A program made the position numbers and the translations under genes. From Histomonas meleagridis 2922-C6/04-290x (lineage: Eukaryota; Protista; Parabasalia), in NCBI GenBank assembly GCA_020184695.1, contig JAANOX010000117.1, positions 1 through 64,000 of the forward strand: DNA of 64,000 bases, given 5' to 3'. The notes below the pieces were generated by a model. It had not been told where the DNA came from, searched no databases, and saw only the letters and a program-made list of their open reading frames with translations. Below are positions 24,601-34,987 of the stretch, one piece after another (position 1 is the stretch's first letter; every line of letters starts with the position of its first letter).

Positions 24601-25322
24601 AAAATATTTACGAAAATAATTTAATTTGTTGTTCTGATGGTGAACATAATAAAATTATTATATATTCAAAAGATAATCATAAAATTTATATAATAAATAA
24701 TAAAAATATTATTTCATCTCATCAAATTTTTACTGAATATAATTTATGTTCAGTATTATTTAATAAATTCATTTATTGTTCTGATTCTTCTACAATTTCA
24801 TTATATAAAGATAAAAAAAAGAAATCTTTAACTTTATATAAAGCAACGAATAAAATAACATTTTTAAAAGCTAATTCTTTATATAAGATTTTTATCTTCA
24901 CTACTATCGATGGAACAATTAATATTCATAATGCTATCGATGGTCGAAAAATTAAAAAGATTTCGTTAAATAAAGAAATTAAACAAATTTTAATCACGAA
25001 AAAATGGGGTTATGTGCTCGTCGATGCTTTTGATGTTTTATTCGTTTTAAGTTTAAACGGTGAAATCTTGAAAAGTGTCAAAATCGATGAGCCGATTATA
25101 AAATGGTTTTCGTTTTATCTGTGTGACGCGTTCGATTACGTGGCATTCCAAACAGAATCGTATAAAATTGGGTTTTTCGACGCGTTCGTTCCTGATAAAT
25201 TGATATACATATATCAGCTTAATGAACCTGCAATATCAATCGATTATAATCAGTATAACGCAGCATTTTTAATTGTGTCACAATCTGGACAAATTAAAGT
25301 GATGCCACAAAACATTGAATAA
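18609..25322 (+). CDS. Beige/BEACH-domain protein (ConA-like, PH-like, shortened BEACH, WD40)
   Basis: 2237-aa ORF (track start is TTG; first ATG at 18618) with ISNFEVIIQFNILSGRSFNDYSHYPIFP, LPNWAETKFDFIYKHRKMLES and C-terminal WD-like repeats. Confidence 0.85.
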   Translation: MKSMINLKRFRSKQQHPNLPIFDLIDYYFELRSKKADIPNTFPEEYKTFMSISKLEKNDLSRLYKMGTESSKIVQMFCPKFLYDPNILKHLLQFYETKREVSELYVVIVCFQTYSFLYSKDKNTSPQKSNYILLLKCITKIGSTPIRKNVNLIAEELIMCSMKSAQFKWSQDVILSTLNYFSSNKYNESDGTNLMVRFFQMILINAIPEISVTILSIIFSEIERKNTYIFESQNIQKLISILNPFLQSLNSIALRILFKSSEHIPKELLTDSYFLIITSLFDLINGSSQIFQIDEKESENNNNILVINSNYSLADINFEFNDNVFIEKEFDFYETFKNIKNYVNIKEMINANVLLKVQIISSCLQSVQDININCLNIFFDSFIKLLKTCNGTTYMLQSFVCFLYLLQFFKYNKFIENNFNFIIDSFLMNPLINVFNENYEINIYINSLRNYFIDLLINIDQNLISKLLILIEDKYFLFTEFLIRIIYKSNKINFNVFCNNNFIYSLVINSVKLNEYYKTNKNSIIFNLRNTLYYFMSILLNKQETLHYIFTSKIFIIGYFQYLFDSSFTLTTIYTFRDSTLSSKKEINFEHIVSMLNKVFLSIYNNYNKNDLYQQLYILLLQNIIIQFQHQLNSYLSESTIETITKIYLFNTTNPKILEYILQLLSNNFVLNKKFVLSKKLFNLLYKSIKVTYNNEPSFVVEKYLFNFLHGSYRYKNSKFLILFPSVLPLIISIFGKSKRILTILSLIENLCNYSDYNKRACHESSLDLILLQYIGSMEEETIITYKGIEFPIFIPKNDKNNVLNLLSLILQSKSSNVETSYILKNIIKNENKELCLYLENILSECHLIPKPRFPYYIGRGSQFIINGIDSSKLINGFTIHFMLNLDLKLMKKSNAQLQIMSIIDSEESMISLNINNLIFDIQFLYDVTLTTIQLYKNLQCNKWTNITLTFQINGDEIIMKFYIEDELIKENKLIQEEMLANGNVQIKFGDNQSSKGWKDCIYGYISNIQIFPYNFNHEDIKTLITSTKRIENKAIFTSSIFNNNLQQDNNTFVISQERSSFINSIKQVVATLNDGFDASPSILDKMIEENRSNYLTKFFINFDKFPVEYSLQILNIIGQLLYKNKNLQMKFNNIDIILSCLYKYPNMLTSKFYHFLYDLLNCIKLKTLLNNFVSNIIINPFIWIKGNSYDFYLIIYHWNSIVYQTYPNLLKDSLSFLTLLNKFLVIFGLKEDVENKKQILNETYTNEITNKCIDLYLKFLTKFAFISLNEEDVKGLFTHMIKYKNKEIILKLLQLVINISSCICNPTIFQTEYLLCLHRLIDTNDPEIIERCLTVLLKISENDKFTFHTIVIAYQLNVKNTQLFDRINVMFFIYPNLFTFYCFLSIILGKETYDIISDNLVKLTLLDNLDIKLYHNWYICPIFLAFQTEKIQMRNIFQFISFILFKKSENFLNDINGIYSFVLFLYCLYQNNNAPIIFLSSINEYSDKNNQLHNELIKSIGFIFTFYKIIGFNSLIVKVSYAENHKKLETIVNNIDINSLHLEKNQKIDTIFSSYVSNIIQNNDKNDIITNIFSTIDNEQNKNEITFIETKRKYFEEIIIEKLKTIFTSLSNEINDINQILSNHTSDISKSSERMIINEYHNYYNSPNIINNKINKKQVHDLTVCNDFCIPRMKISNSKKHFNIYNEDNIEITKTSPLFQIKATLINPLRMTNITFEIHNNYYAIISIHTKIIPKNLIKYIYYRKFMTGLEIFLKSGKSYLINFHTNIIEIVNKYNIPIISIMETKQKIIDSWLNHEISNFEVIIQFNILSGRSFNDYSHYPIFPNILKSFDNYKPRDLNDIINITSGNINPQIDIKTAINNKDILPADFFYFPESITVLPNWAETKFDFIYKHRKMLESKEITNNLNKWLNQVFINNNIMSHIPLLEVELLKRSAFIISQKFFENINLELNNKKIIFSKIRRNLIKVITFDNYLYTFSFNFKELKVIKQNQIKIDKNIYENNLICCSDGEHNKIIIYSKDNHKIYIINNKNIISSHQIFTEYNLCSVLFNKFIYCSDSSTISLYKDKKKKSLTLYKATNKITFLKANSLYKIFIFTTIDGTINIHNAIDGRKIKKISLNKEIKQILITKKWGYVLVDAFDVLFVLSLNGEILKSVKIDEPIIKWFSFYLCDAFDYVAFQTESYKIGFFDAFVPDKLIYIYQLNEPAISIDYNQYNAAFLIVSQSGQIKVMPQNIE

Positions 25323-25439
25323 ATTGTATATATATTTATAATTCTTATTTCTTTAATGAATATTGTTTAAGTTTATCAGAAAATATTGAAAAACAATTTT
25401 GGTGTTCTAAATGTTTAAAAAAATTATTTTTATTATATT

Positions 25440-26560
25440 GAAATATAAAATATATTAATGTTATCTTCAGCATTAATATCAATTCCTTTGTGTTCATGAA
25501 GTAATTTACCTATTTCTGTATATCCCTTTTCAGATGCTATTTAAGCGCTGTTTTAAAAATTTGAAATAATTTCCAAATATTATTTTGGAATATCAAATTA
25601 TTAAAATAAATTTTATATAAAAGAAATAAATATTTTTAGCATTAATGTCAATTCCTTCTTTTTTAGATGTAATCATTTATGCTGTTTCAAGTTATTTATA
25701 TAATTTCCAAATATTATTATGAAACATTAATTTAATATGAAGCATTAAATTAAATATATAACTATCTTTAACATTGGCATCTTATAATTTTGTTTAGGAA
25801 GGAAATAAGCATTTTTTATATGACATATTTCAGATACAGTATTAAATATTTTTAATGGTTTCCATTTACCATTTTGAAATATTAAATTTTTGATATATAT
25901 TGATGGAAAAAACATATATTTTCCCCATTGATATCAATTTTGGTAAAAAATGTAATTATATGGTGATGATAAGTCCATTGTCATTATATTTATTGTTTTA
26001 TATTTTATGAAATTTTCATAATTTTTTAATAAAAACGAATATAATAAAATTAATATCTTTGTCATTGATAACAACCCCCAAGATGTAATTCGATTATTGC
26101 CATTAAGTGTATATCAATATAAAATATATAAGATATAATTTAAATTTACATGCATATGTGATGTTACAAATATTTTTAATAGTTTCTAAATATTATTTTA
26201 AAATGTATTAATAATATCAACATTAAATTAAATTTATAAATATCTTTGGCATTAATATCAATTCCTTCTTTTTCAAGAAATAATTTCACTATTTTTTCGA
26301 CCCATTACTGATTATATAAATGCTGTATAAAACATTATATATGATTTCCAAATATTATTATGAAAGTTCAAATTGTCCAAATAAATTTTAAATCAAATAT
26401 ATTATCAATTCCATTTTCATTCAAGAAGTGCTTTAACAGATTCAGTATGCCCTCTTCCAGATGCTTTCATAAGTGCTGTTTGAAGTATTTTTAATAAATT
26501 CTAAATATTATTTTTGGCTTTGAAATTGTTTAAATTTTTTGAATCAAATTTGATAAATAT
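25440..26560 (-). pseudogene. Decayed ankyrin-repeat array with the same insert family
   Basis: Minus strand: TALMKASGRGHTESVKALLE*, KEGIDINAKD and similar, with stops and indels inside cores. Inserts with TTTCATAATAATATTTGGAAA remain, including an exact 80-nt gap at 25631-25552. Confidence 0.75.
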
Positions 26561-26841
26561 ATATTTTATAAACTAATTGAAAATATCAGAACATTTTTAC
26601 ATATATTAAATAAAATAAAAAAGAATCTTAAACATTTATGTCAATACTTTCTTGTTCATCAAAATTATAATTTAAAACAAATCAAAAACATAATATTTTG
26701 ATATCTTTTTACTTAAATTTATTACTCTTTTGTCAGAAAATTAATTTTATCTAAAGATACATTACATGAATATCATAATATTAAAAAAAAATTTAAATTT
26801 AAATTACATTTTATTCACATATTAATATACGTTTATAAGTT

Positions 26842-27597
26842 TTATAAGATATCACGAATTCTCCAAACTTCCGGAATCTTTGGTATATTGCCCCAAGGTT
26901 TCCGAGGCGCATTATTTTCGCTTTCGATGACTTCCAATGTTTCCCATTTAGGAAGTTTTGATGCTGATTTTTGACACGGCATCACAAGAAGATGCAATGA
27001 GTGGAACTCAGTAAAAACACGAAAAGCCTCTTCATGTGAAAATTGGTTATGTAATACATTGTTTGAAAAGTCATTGAACCTTCGCATTGATTCAGATGTG
27101 ATCATGGAATATTCAAGACTGGTGGGAAGAAGTAACGAAAATCCGTTTTCACTACACTGAGAAAATGTGTAGCCAATAAGCATTGGTTTGTTTGGTAGCT
27201 TTGGAAGATTTAATGGAACATGGAATGATTCAATACCTGAAAATAAGACAAATGTACTATTAACATAGTTTTCAATATTACCACCAAAATTTCCTTGAAT
27301 TTGTTTATATGAAGTAAAATCAGTATTTGAAAACTGTGTTTTGTCATATGAAATTGCATATATTTTTTTGAAACCTGCATTACGTAGAGAAGCAGCTGTG
27401 GATTGTACGCCTCCGCTTGGTATAACAACTGTTATTTCTTTGATGTAAGGTTGATTTGGCTTTTTTGGTAGAAAAATTGGTGCAATTATTTTTATTGTAA
27501 TCAATGCAATAATGAGATAAATTAAGCTAGAAAAATCCTCTATATCAAGATTCATTTGTGATATATGTCCGAAAATTTGTTGTCTTTTAATTCTCAT
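26842..27597 (-). CDS. Hypothetical protein with an N-terminal transmembrane segment
   Basis: 251-aa ORF with hydrophobic LIYLIIALITIKIIAPIFL. Confidence 0.6.
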   Translation of the reverse strand: MRIKRQQIFGHISQMNLDIEDFSSLIYLIIALITIKIIAPIFLPKKPNQPYIKEITVVIPSGGVQSTAASLRNAGFKKIYAISYDKTQFSNTDFTSYKQIQGNFGGNIENYVNSTFVLFSGIESFHVPLNLPKLPNKPMLIGYTFSQCSENGFSLLLPTSLEYSMITSESMRRFNDFSNNVLHNQFSHEEAFRVFTEFHSLHLLVMPCQKSASKLPKWETLEVIESENNAPRKPWGNIPKIPEVWRIRDIL

Positions 27598-27954
27598 TTT
27601 TTGTATTTTGAATAACTTTGTTCGATTTCACTAAAACGATAGAACATTTCCAACATTTGACCAAAATCGCAATTTTTTATTGAGTCATATCCTTACTGCC
27701 TTAAAAGAACATTCCTTTTAGTTTAGTGCTCGCTAGAACGAAGGAAAGTTTAGAGCATTCCACTTTTTTTTAAGTGATAACTTTAGCAAATGGAAACTTT
27801 ATTTTAATACTCTCAACATTTGGTGCCAAGCATTCACTCTTTTTCTTGTGTTCTGTTTCTACTATTTTGATTTGTTATATACTTCGAACGGAGTAACTTA
27901 ACGTGTTAATCACCAATATACGATTAAAATGCATTCAAATACAGCGGTTTGGCA

Positions 27955-29424
27955 TCACCAGCATTCGTTTTCAACTCTTAATTCAAGTTCTTTATTTATC
28001 CAATTCATTACACATTCTGCAATTTCTCTGGATTGGCTTACATCGCACGTATCACAATAGCAATTCAATGCCTTTATCATTTCTTGTTGTATCACAATTT
28101 CCACAATATTTTTGCACATATTTAAAGGTGTTACATTTAAAGCTATTGTTAATCTATACAAAATAGACAAAGCACCTGCTGCGCCATCACAAGATCCAGT
28201 TTCAATGTTAGGCTGTAATAAACCGAACACATTTATCTCATTCAAAAAAGATATTAGTTGATCATTTGCAGGGAAATGATCGACGATTAAACCGAGTAAT
28301 AGTAACGCGTGTTGTTTCAAAGAAGTATCTTCGGCATTCTCGAACACGTTCTTTAAGAAATCAACGAAGCATTTGTAATCAGGTGAACTGAATGCTATAG
28401 TTGAATAATTACTATCATTTTTATAGCAAAATACAATAGTATTATACATTATTTGTATCGCTCGATCGGAACATGTATCAAATATTTGTTTGTCCCTTAA
28501 AGAATTAGAGAGTTCAGTTATTACACACATCTTAGAGAGTTGATAACAAATGCGATCGGAATAATATGAAGCAATTGCTAAGAAGTTTAAAGATGCAAAG
28601 GAAAGTTCCATGTTGTCGTGATTAATGACTGTGATTAAAAGCGACGAAACTCCAGACTTTTCAATGCATTCAACATGTTTGCCACGCGGATCACGTCGGA
28701 TTATTGCAGTAAGAATGTTAATAATAGGAACAATGATGGAAGTGGGCTTAAGGAAGAAGTTCGGATATATCTTATCTAATGTGTAGTTGGTGATGTTATA
28801 TAAATCTTCTTTCGAATATCCTTCTGAACAGGGTGAACCAATGAACTTATAGAGTGAGGTAAGAAGTGAGCTGATGTGTAAGTCGCTTTGTGTGTGACTA
28901 AGTTGATAATATATAAACCCAAGAAATTTTTGTCGGAAAAAAAAGGAATGAGCTGATGTGACATGCGTAGTAAAATGATCAATGACTTGAAGTAACATTT
29001 CAAGAGGAATTAGAGATGTCGGATCTTGAAGTTCTTTGAATAGAAATGAATAAAAGGGTTCACCAGGAAGATTACAAATTGAATTTATAAAGGACGTGGA
29101 AGTATTAAACATTGTATTAATAAGATTGAGAATAGATGTCCGAATGTATGTATCTGTTGATCGTTTTTTGTATTTATTAACAAGATTTTGAATGAAATTA
29201 GGAGGTAAATCAGATGGGTAAATATGATAATTCAGCAAAATAACATTTATGAATTGGATAGCATTAGATTGTTGTGGAAAAGTTCCTCTAAATAAATCGT
29301 TACAAGACTGAATTAATTTCTGATCGAATAGCTTGGGTTTTGCAGTTCCAATAAAATCTTCACGCCGAATACTCGCGAGTTTTTCTGATTTTTTGGGTGC
29401 GTTTTTTGTTTCTCTTTCTTCCAT
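27955..29424 (-). CDS. Hypothetical ARM-repeat-like protein
   Basis: 489-aa intact ORF with helical repeat character; no diagnostic motif. Confidence 0.6.
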   Translation of the reverse strand: MEERETKNAPKKSEKLASIRREDFIGTAKPKLFDQKLIQSCNDLFRGTFPQQSNAIQFINVILLNYHIYPSDLPPNFIQNLVNKYKKRSTDTYIRTSILNLINTMFNTSTSFINSICNLPGEPFYSFLFKELQDPTSLIPLEMLLQVIDHFTTHVTSAHSFFFRQKFLGFIYYQLSHTQSDLHISSLLTSLYKFIGSPCSEGYSKEDLYNITNYTLDKIYPNFFLKPTSIIVPIINILTAIIRRDPRGKHVECIEKSGVSSLLITVINHDNMELSFASLNFLAIASYYSDRICYQLSKMCVITELSNSLRDKQIFDTCSDRAIQIMYNTIVFCYKNDSNYSTIAFSSPDYKCFVDFLKNVFENAEDTSLKQHALLLLGLIVDHFPANDQLISFLNEINVFGLLQPNIETGSCDGAAGALSILYRLTIALNVTPLNMCKNIVEIVIQQEMIKALNCYCDTCDVSQSREIAECVMNWINKELELRVENECW

Positions 29425-29455
29425 TCACCGAAATGTTATGTGAAAACACTTTCAT
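29425..29455. promoter_or_regulatory. Candidate 31-bp bidirectional core promoter with Inr-like motifs
   Basis: Divergent ATGs at 29424 and 29456; TTCATA precedes the + ATG and TTCACA lies on the minus strand, both resembling the trichomonad TCA(C/T)(T/A) initiator. Confidence 0.45.
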
Positions 29456-30253
29456 ATGGCCAAAAATCTTCCATATGTCGATTGTCATACGCATCTCGAT
29501 GCCATTTATGAAAAAATGGGATTAGATCTTAATGAACCCTTTGAAAAGTTTTCGGAATCATGGCCCGAAGGTTTTGATGGATGCTTAGCAACATTTAGTG
29601 ATACTTTTGAAGGTGTAATGAAATTTGTTGACTCAGGCAATCCAAAAATATTTGGAGCTCTTGGTCTTCATCCACATGGAGCATCACGTTATAATGATGA
29701 ATTTGAAGCTCAGTTAATTGAATTATTGAAAAATCCTAGGGTTAAAGCTCTTGGTGAAATTGGACTTGATTATCATTATACTCTCAGCCCTGTTGATGTT
29801 CAAAAAAGAGTTTTTGAAAGAGAAATTCAACTTGCTGTTGAAAGACAATTACCAATCACAATTCATACTAGAGAAGCAGAGGATGATACATTTGAAATTC
29901 TTAAGCGTGCTATGCCAAAAGATCATTTCTTCCATATTCATTGTTTTACTGATGGATGGGAATTTGCAGAAAAAGTTCTTAAAGAATGGCCAAACTCATT
30001 CTTCGGATTCACTGGCGTCCTTACATTCAAAAACTCCAAGAAAATTCAGGATGTTTGCAAGAAAGTTCCAATTGATCGAATCTTATCAGAAACAGACGGA
30101 CCATATATGGCACCAATTCCACACCGAGGAAAAGCAGCATGGCCTGGCCACATCCCAATCATCATCAAGAAAGTAGCCGAACTTCACGAAATCCCTGTTG
30201 AAGAAGGATTTGAAGTTCTTCGTGAGAACTGCCGCAAAATTTACCATTTTTAA
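29456..30253 (+). CDS. tatD: TatD-family deoxyribonuclease
   Basis: VDCHTHLD, GLHPH, ALGEIGLDY, IHTREA, HCFT and ETDGPYMAP motifs. Confidence 0.95.
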   Translation: MAKNLPYVDCHTHLDAIYEKMGLDLNEPFEKFSESWPEGFDGCLATFSDTFEGVMKFVDSGNPKIFGALGLHPHGASRYNDEFEAQLIELLKNPRVKALGEIGLDYHYTLSPVDVQKRVFEREIQLAVERQLPITIHTREAEDDTFEILKRAMPKDHFFHIHCFTDGWEFAEKVLKEWPNSFFGFTGVLTFKNSKKIQDVCKKVPIDRILSETDGPYMAPIPHRGKAAWPGHIPIIIKKVAELHEIPVEEGFEVLRENCRKIYHF

Positions 30254-30654
30254 GTCATTTGAGTAAATTTAAAATGTTTTATTAATGTTTAATCAAAACA
30301 ATCAATTTATTAATGAGATCCATAATTATGTTAACATAATGTCATTGCAATTAATATGGTTGAATGGCATGTATAATGAGCATAGCAAATAACAATTGCT
30401 CTTATATAATATTATATTGATCAATTACATATAATGAGACTTGAGTAAAGATATTTTTGGTATATTTAATAAAAGAGTTGAAGCGAATTGGCGTTGCTCA
30501 TTTTTTTTTTTTTTAATAAAAAATGCATTGAGAATTTTTAACATTTCGTGCATGAATGTAAAGTTATGTTTAACCAACGAATTACAATTATCTAAAAAAC
30601 AAAAAGGTTTTCAAAATATATCTTTATATTACATAAAAATATTTTTTCGTGTTT

Positions 30655-33600
30655 TTATATCGCTACTAATGTCACATGTGACACTATTTTGTACATAAAC
30701 TTCTTAATTTCTTCGCTTAACGTCTCGTCCGTCACTTCATTCTGTTGATCTTCACTCAAGTAAAGCTTTGAAATCTTTGCGTTGATTTTCGTTTGGAACT
30801 TTTCCTTCACTTCTTCCACTGTTGTGTTACAACTTAACAATTGTAAGTAACACTTATGATTATAATTTAACTTAATGAAAACTTCGCTTTTAGTTTCGTC
30901 TATTACATTATTACTATTTTCGATTCTGTTTTGGATTTCGACTCTCATTTTCTCGTTATGTTTCTTTGTCAGCCACAAAGATAATAACTTTCGTGAAAGT
31001 ACAACTTCTTGGAATACGAAATCTGGCGATTGGTCGAATTTGATATTTAATCCCTTACAGAACTCTTCTTCGTTATAATCTGCGAAATCTTCTGGATTAA
31101 GACTAAACAATGCGCTTTTCCGGATGTTTTCATTATTCATACCTTTCCTTGGTGGCCTTCCATCTTTATTCCGACGTGCGCGTGGCGCTTTAACAAGTTT
31201 CTCTTCTTCTTGTAATCGTTTCTTTTCTTCATCATCTTTAGCTTCTTCTACAATTTGTTGAAGATCTTCTTTAGTTAAACGTGGCGCTTGTTTAGATCTT
31301 CTTTTTACGACTCGTGTTGGTTTATTATCTTTGTTATTTTCATCATTGGCGTTAACGTTCTCCATCTCGTTTGATTCACTTTTTGGTAAAGTTTGCAATG
31401 GCGATATTTCTGTTGTAGCCGAAGGAATTTTAGGTATTAAAGGAGCAGTTGAAGTCCGTTGGATATTAATATTATCACTATTTAATTGTTCCCTTAATAA
31501 CTCGAGTTGTTTTAATTGATCTTTCGGTTTTAATAGATTCGATCTTTGTCGATTAACTCTACCATTAGCTCTAATAGTATTACTCTTTTGTACCATTATA
31601 GTTGAATTTGTTTGATTTCTAACCTTTTTATTTGGTATTTTCTTATGATGAATTCGATTCGACGACGATAGGAAATTTGGGTAATTTACATAGTAAACAT
31701 TAGAATTAATTTCTTTGTCCACAAAATTGTAACCGCCGTATACAAAAAATTGGTTACCGATAACGTCCATACAGAATTTTGTTAAGAATTTGTAATCGTT
31801 AAATTCAGTGTTACATATTGTATAATGTAATTGTTTTGTATCAAGTATCGCAGGTGGTACTACTTGTAATGAATCGGTACCACCTATAAATATTATATAA
31901 TGACCTACTTGTAAAGCCTTATGATTAGCTCTTGGTAATACTTTATCGCCATTAATTTTCGGTGTTGTCCATTCATTATTAAATATATCATAAATATAAA
32001 TATCAGATGAAACTTCTTTCTCATTTGTAGTCAAGAATCCTCCATGTACATATATCGATTGATTAATTAATGTTGCCGAATGATTCATTCGTGGTGTTGG
32101 CGGTTCATTCTTTGATGTGATTTTATCCCAATTTCCAGTTTTAATATCGAACACCAACATTTCGTTCATTAATTTCTTTTGTCGATTCATTCCTCCAAAC
32201 ACATAAAGTTTAGAGATATCTGGGAAATATATTGTACTATGTCCTGCTATAGTCCGTGGTAAATTAGAATTACTTAATATTGTACTTTCATTATCAGTTA
32301 TTGTATATTCCCAAAAATCAGTCAAAAACTCGTTTTCATTATATCCACCAAATATATATATCGAATTATTAACACGAGTCATTGTATGACATGTTCTTGC
32401 TGGTATAGATGTAGGTATTGTTGATAATTTTATGTTGGAATCATTAATATTAAAGATGATCATGTTCGAATTATATCCTTCTGGTGTTTGCCCACCAAAT
32501 ACAAATACTTTGTTTTGTACTGAGATCGAATCATGTCCATAAAGTTTAGGTGAACCATCAATACTTTCGATATTTTCTGCTTTAAAGAATTCGAAATATT
32601 TATCAGGCTCATCTTTAAAAATCGAATCTTTCATCTCGCTAAGTTTGTTGATAAGTTCTTTATGTTGTTCTTTGTTTGTTAATACAAATGAATATGCAAT
32701 GTTCTTCTTCCCACCGATTTTTCGATAGCCCATGACTGTGATTTGATGACTTCGTGGTCGAATTACATATCCAAATGTTGTTGGTGCATCATCTAATATA
32801 ACTTGATTACCTCCTTTGACTTCTTTCGTGATTAAAATTAGATCATTAAATAAATAGAAAGTCCCAAATCGTTGTTTGGGTTTAAGGATCTCAATCGGAT
32901 ATGATTGAAGAAGAACTCGCGATGGACGTAAGACATCAAAATGTGACACAAGCCCAAACTGTATCGTCAGAAGTTTTTCATTGTTTTCGGCGGTTATGGA
33001 GGCTTGTTCGATTTGATGCGTAACTTCTTCGACTTTAGTGTACGCTGTTAAAAGCATTGAAGAGTCTGGATGTGATGGTGGTGTATACTTAAGGAGCTCA
33101 CGTAGAAAAAGGATGTAACGAGGCATACGTTGAACAGGTGTAATAAGAAATGCTTGAAGATTACCTTTGATTTCATTGGGATTTTTGGAAGCTAGTAGTT
33201 GAAGCTTATTGTCTATGTCTTTTATTTTCGATTTTTCTAAGATGATATTGATGATCGTGGAATAATTTGATATGTATAGAAGTGAGACTTTAAAAAAGGC
33301 AGAGAAATCTATAAACACATCCGATAACATGGCACCATAAGAAGCTCCACGTTGTTGAAGATTTTGAAGAAATGTTTGATGACAATTTATAATGGCTGGA
33401 AAATCACGGTATATTAAATCTGCTTCAGCTTCTGTAAATACTTTTTGTTCCCGCGTTTTGGGTTGCCAATAATCTGTGATAATTTCTAATGTCTTTAAAT
33501 ATGTCTCTTCAGTACTTTGAATTTCTGCAACAATATTAGCTCTATGATTCACTTTTGAGCGATCTTTGCTATCGAGTATACATGAAAAAGTACATTTCTC

Positions 33601-34119
33601 TTTCTTTAAAATTGAAATTAAATCAGAAATGGTGTCTGATAAATTAACAGGGTTTTCACCAATAAGTAATGAACCATTTGTGTGATTAAAAGGAAAATTT
33701 GATTCAACAAATGTTTGGAAATCTTGATAAGTTTTTCCTTCAAACTCTTTATTTTTGAAAGAAACTTCAAAAGGTGGAATGTCATCATTGCATTCAGTCT
33801 TTACAGCAATAAAAGAAGTAAATTTCTTTTGTTCTTTTGGTAAAATTGCAATGAAATATTGAGGTCTTAAGTATTTTCCTGGCCTTTTAGTTTGAATTAA
33901 TTGCGGATAGAAATCCAAAGGTACCCTTTTACTTGGTAACTTTTCTCGAAAAATTGGTGTTGATATTGCAAGAAATTCTTTGGAATGATCGATTTGTAAT
34001 TTTTTTGATATTTCGCCGACGGTAATGCCTTTGCCTTTGCCATTCAGAACATATGATAGTTCTTGTATAATTGTTGGCTCAGATGGCCTTCCAAAAGCAA
34101 TATATTTCCTTTCAGCCAT
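30655..34119 (-). CDS. RhoGEF (DH-PH) and Kelch-repeat protein
   Basis: DH motifs EIQSTEETYLKTL and LITPVQRMPRYILFLRELLK; PH-like FYLFNDLILI; Kelch repeats FVFGGQ, YIFGGY, YVFGGM, YVHGG. Confidence 0.92.
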   Translation of the reverse strand: MAERKYIAFGRPSEPTIIQELSYVLNGKGKGITVGEISKKLQIDHSKEFLAISTPIFREKLPSKRVPLDFYPQLIQTKRPGKYLRPQYFIAILPKEQKKFTSFIAVKTECNDDIPPFEVSFKNKEFEGKTYQDFQTFVESNFPFNHTNGSLLIGENPVNLSDTISDLISILKKEKCTFSCILDSKDRSKVNHRANIVAEIQSTEETYLKTLEIITDYWQPKTREQKVFTEAEADLIYRDFPAIINCHQTFLQNLQQRGASYGAMLSDVFIDFSAFFKVSLLYISNYSTIINIILEKSKIKDIDNKLQLLASKNPNEIKGNLQAFLITPVQRMPRYILFLRELLKYTPPSHPDSSMLLTAYTKVEEVTHQIEQASITAENNEKLLTIQFGLVSHFDVLRPSRVLLQSYPIEILKPKQRFGTFYLFNDLILITKEVKGGNQVILDDAPTTFGYVIRPRSHQITVMGYRKIGGKKNIAYSFVLTNKEQHKELINKLSEMKDSIFKDEPDKYFEFFKAENIESIDGSPKLYGHDSISVQNKVFVFGGQTPEGYNSNMIIFNINDSNIKLSTIPTSIPARTCHTMTRVNNSIYIFGGYNENEFLTDFWEYTITDNESTILSNSNLPRTIAGHSTIYFPDISKLYVFGGMNRQKKLMNEMLVFDIKTGNWDKITSKNEPPTPRMNHSATLINQSIYVHGGFLTTNEKEVSSDIYIYDIFNNEWTTPKINGDKVLPRANHKALQVGHYIIFIGGTDSLQVVPPAILDTKQLHYTICNTEFNDYKFLTKFCMDVIGNQFFVYGGYNFVDKEINSNVYYVNYPNFLSSSNRIHHKKIPNKKVRNQTNSTIMVQKSNTIRANGRVNRQRSNLLKPKDQLKQLELLREQLNSDNINIQRTSTAPLIPKIPSATTEISPLQTLPKSESNEMENVNANDENNKDNKPTRVVKRRSKQAPRLTKEDLQQIVEEAKDDEEKKRLQEEEKLVKAPRARRNKDGRPPRKGMNNENIRKSALFSLNPEDFADYNEEEFCKGLNIKFDQSPDFVFQEVVLSRKLLSLWLTKKHNEKMRVEIQNRIENSNNVIDETKSEVFIKLNYNHKCYLQLLSCNTTVEEVKEKFQTKINAKISKLYLSEDQQNEVTDETLSEEIKKFMYKIVSHVTLVAI

Positions 34120-34987
34120 TTTATCGTATTTGATTTGTGTGGGCGGTTTTATTCAATTCTGTAGGTACAGGGTGAATACTTTTTCAATCGCAGTAGTTTT
34201 CAAATGTAAAAATTCAAAAGCTATGCACAGTGAAAAGAAATAATGCTTGAACGAAAACTGTAAGTTGTTTAACCCAACAAACAAATTTTAATGATAATTC
34301 ACAGCTTTGATGAAGAGTTATTTTATTATAAAATATAAAGCGAAGATATTTCTGTATAAAACGAGTGTAGATGTTGTAATGAATAAAACGTTTAACTTTT
34401 GAATACCAACAATATGTCATTTTTTGACTACATTTTCCACATCACTTGTCCCTGTAAAGCTGTAAAACAATGGTATCGTATCAACTTTTTGATAATAATT
34501 TTTGATGAAAGATGATCAAAACCGTTATTTATGGAGAAACAAGAAATTTAGACGCATTGTGTATCATTCCACTTTTTTTATTTCAAGAAACTATGGCAAT
34601 CATAAGTGAGAAGATTTCAATTTACTTGATTTATCAAAACTACACACAAGAAAATAATATTTATGTATTTTCAGCGAGATTCAACAACCATAATTTTTGT
34701 TATCTCAATTTCTTTTTAAATTATCATCATTCATTCTATATTATTAACGAATGCATTACCCAAAGATACACAGAATACAAGTTTGCAACTTCACCCAAAT
34801 TTTTGCTCCATTTCTTCCCTCAAAAAGAATTTAAATTTTTGCCAAACGATATGGGCGACCGCTAACGTATTATCCCACAAAAATTCAGAAAACAAAATTT
34901 TAAATTCTTTGAATTTTCAAATTAATTAAAATAAAATTTTTATAGGTTAATTAACGTTCTTTTATTCTTCTCTGTTATTTTTAAACC

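Noticed and set aside
34025-34865. Short ORFs 34025-34243, 34214-34420, 34512-34865 (also 30441-30698, 39525-39743)
   Set aside because: Low-complexity AT-rich translations in intergenic or antisense positions with no motifs.
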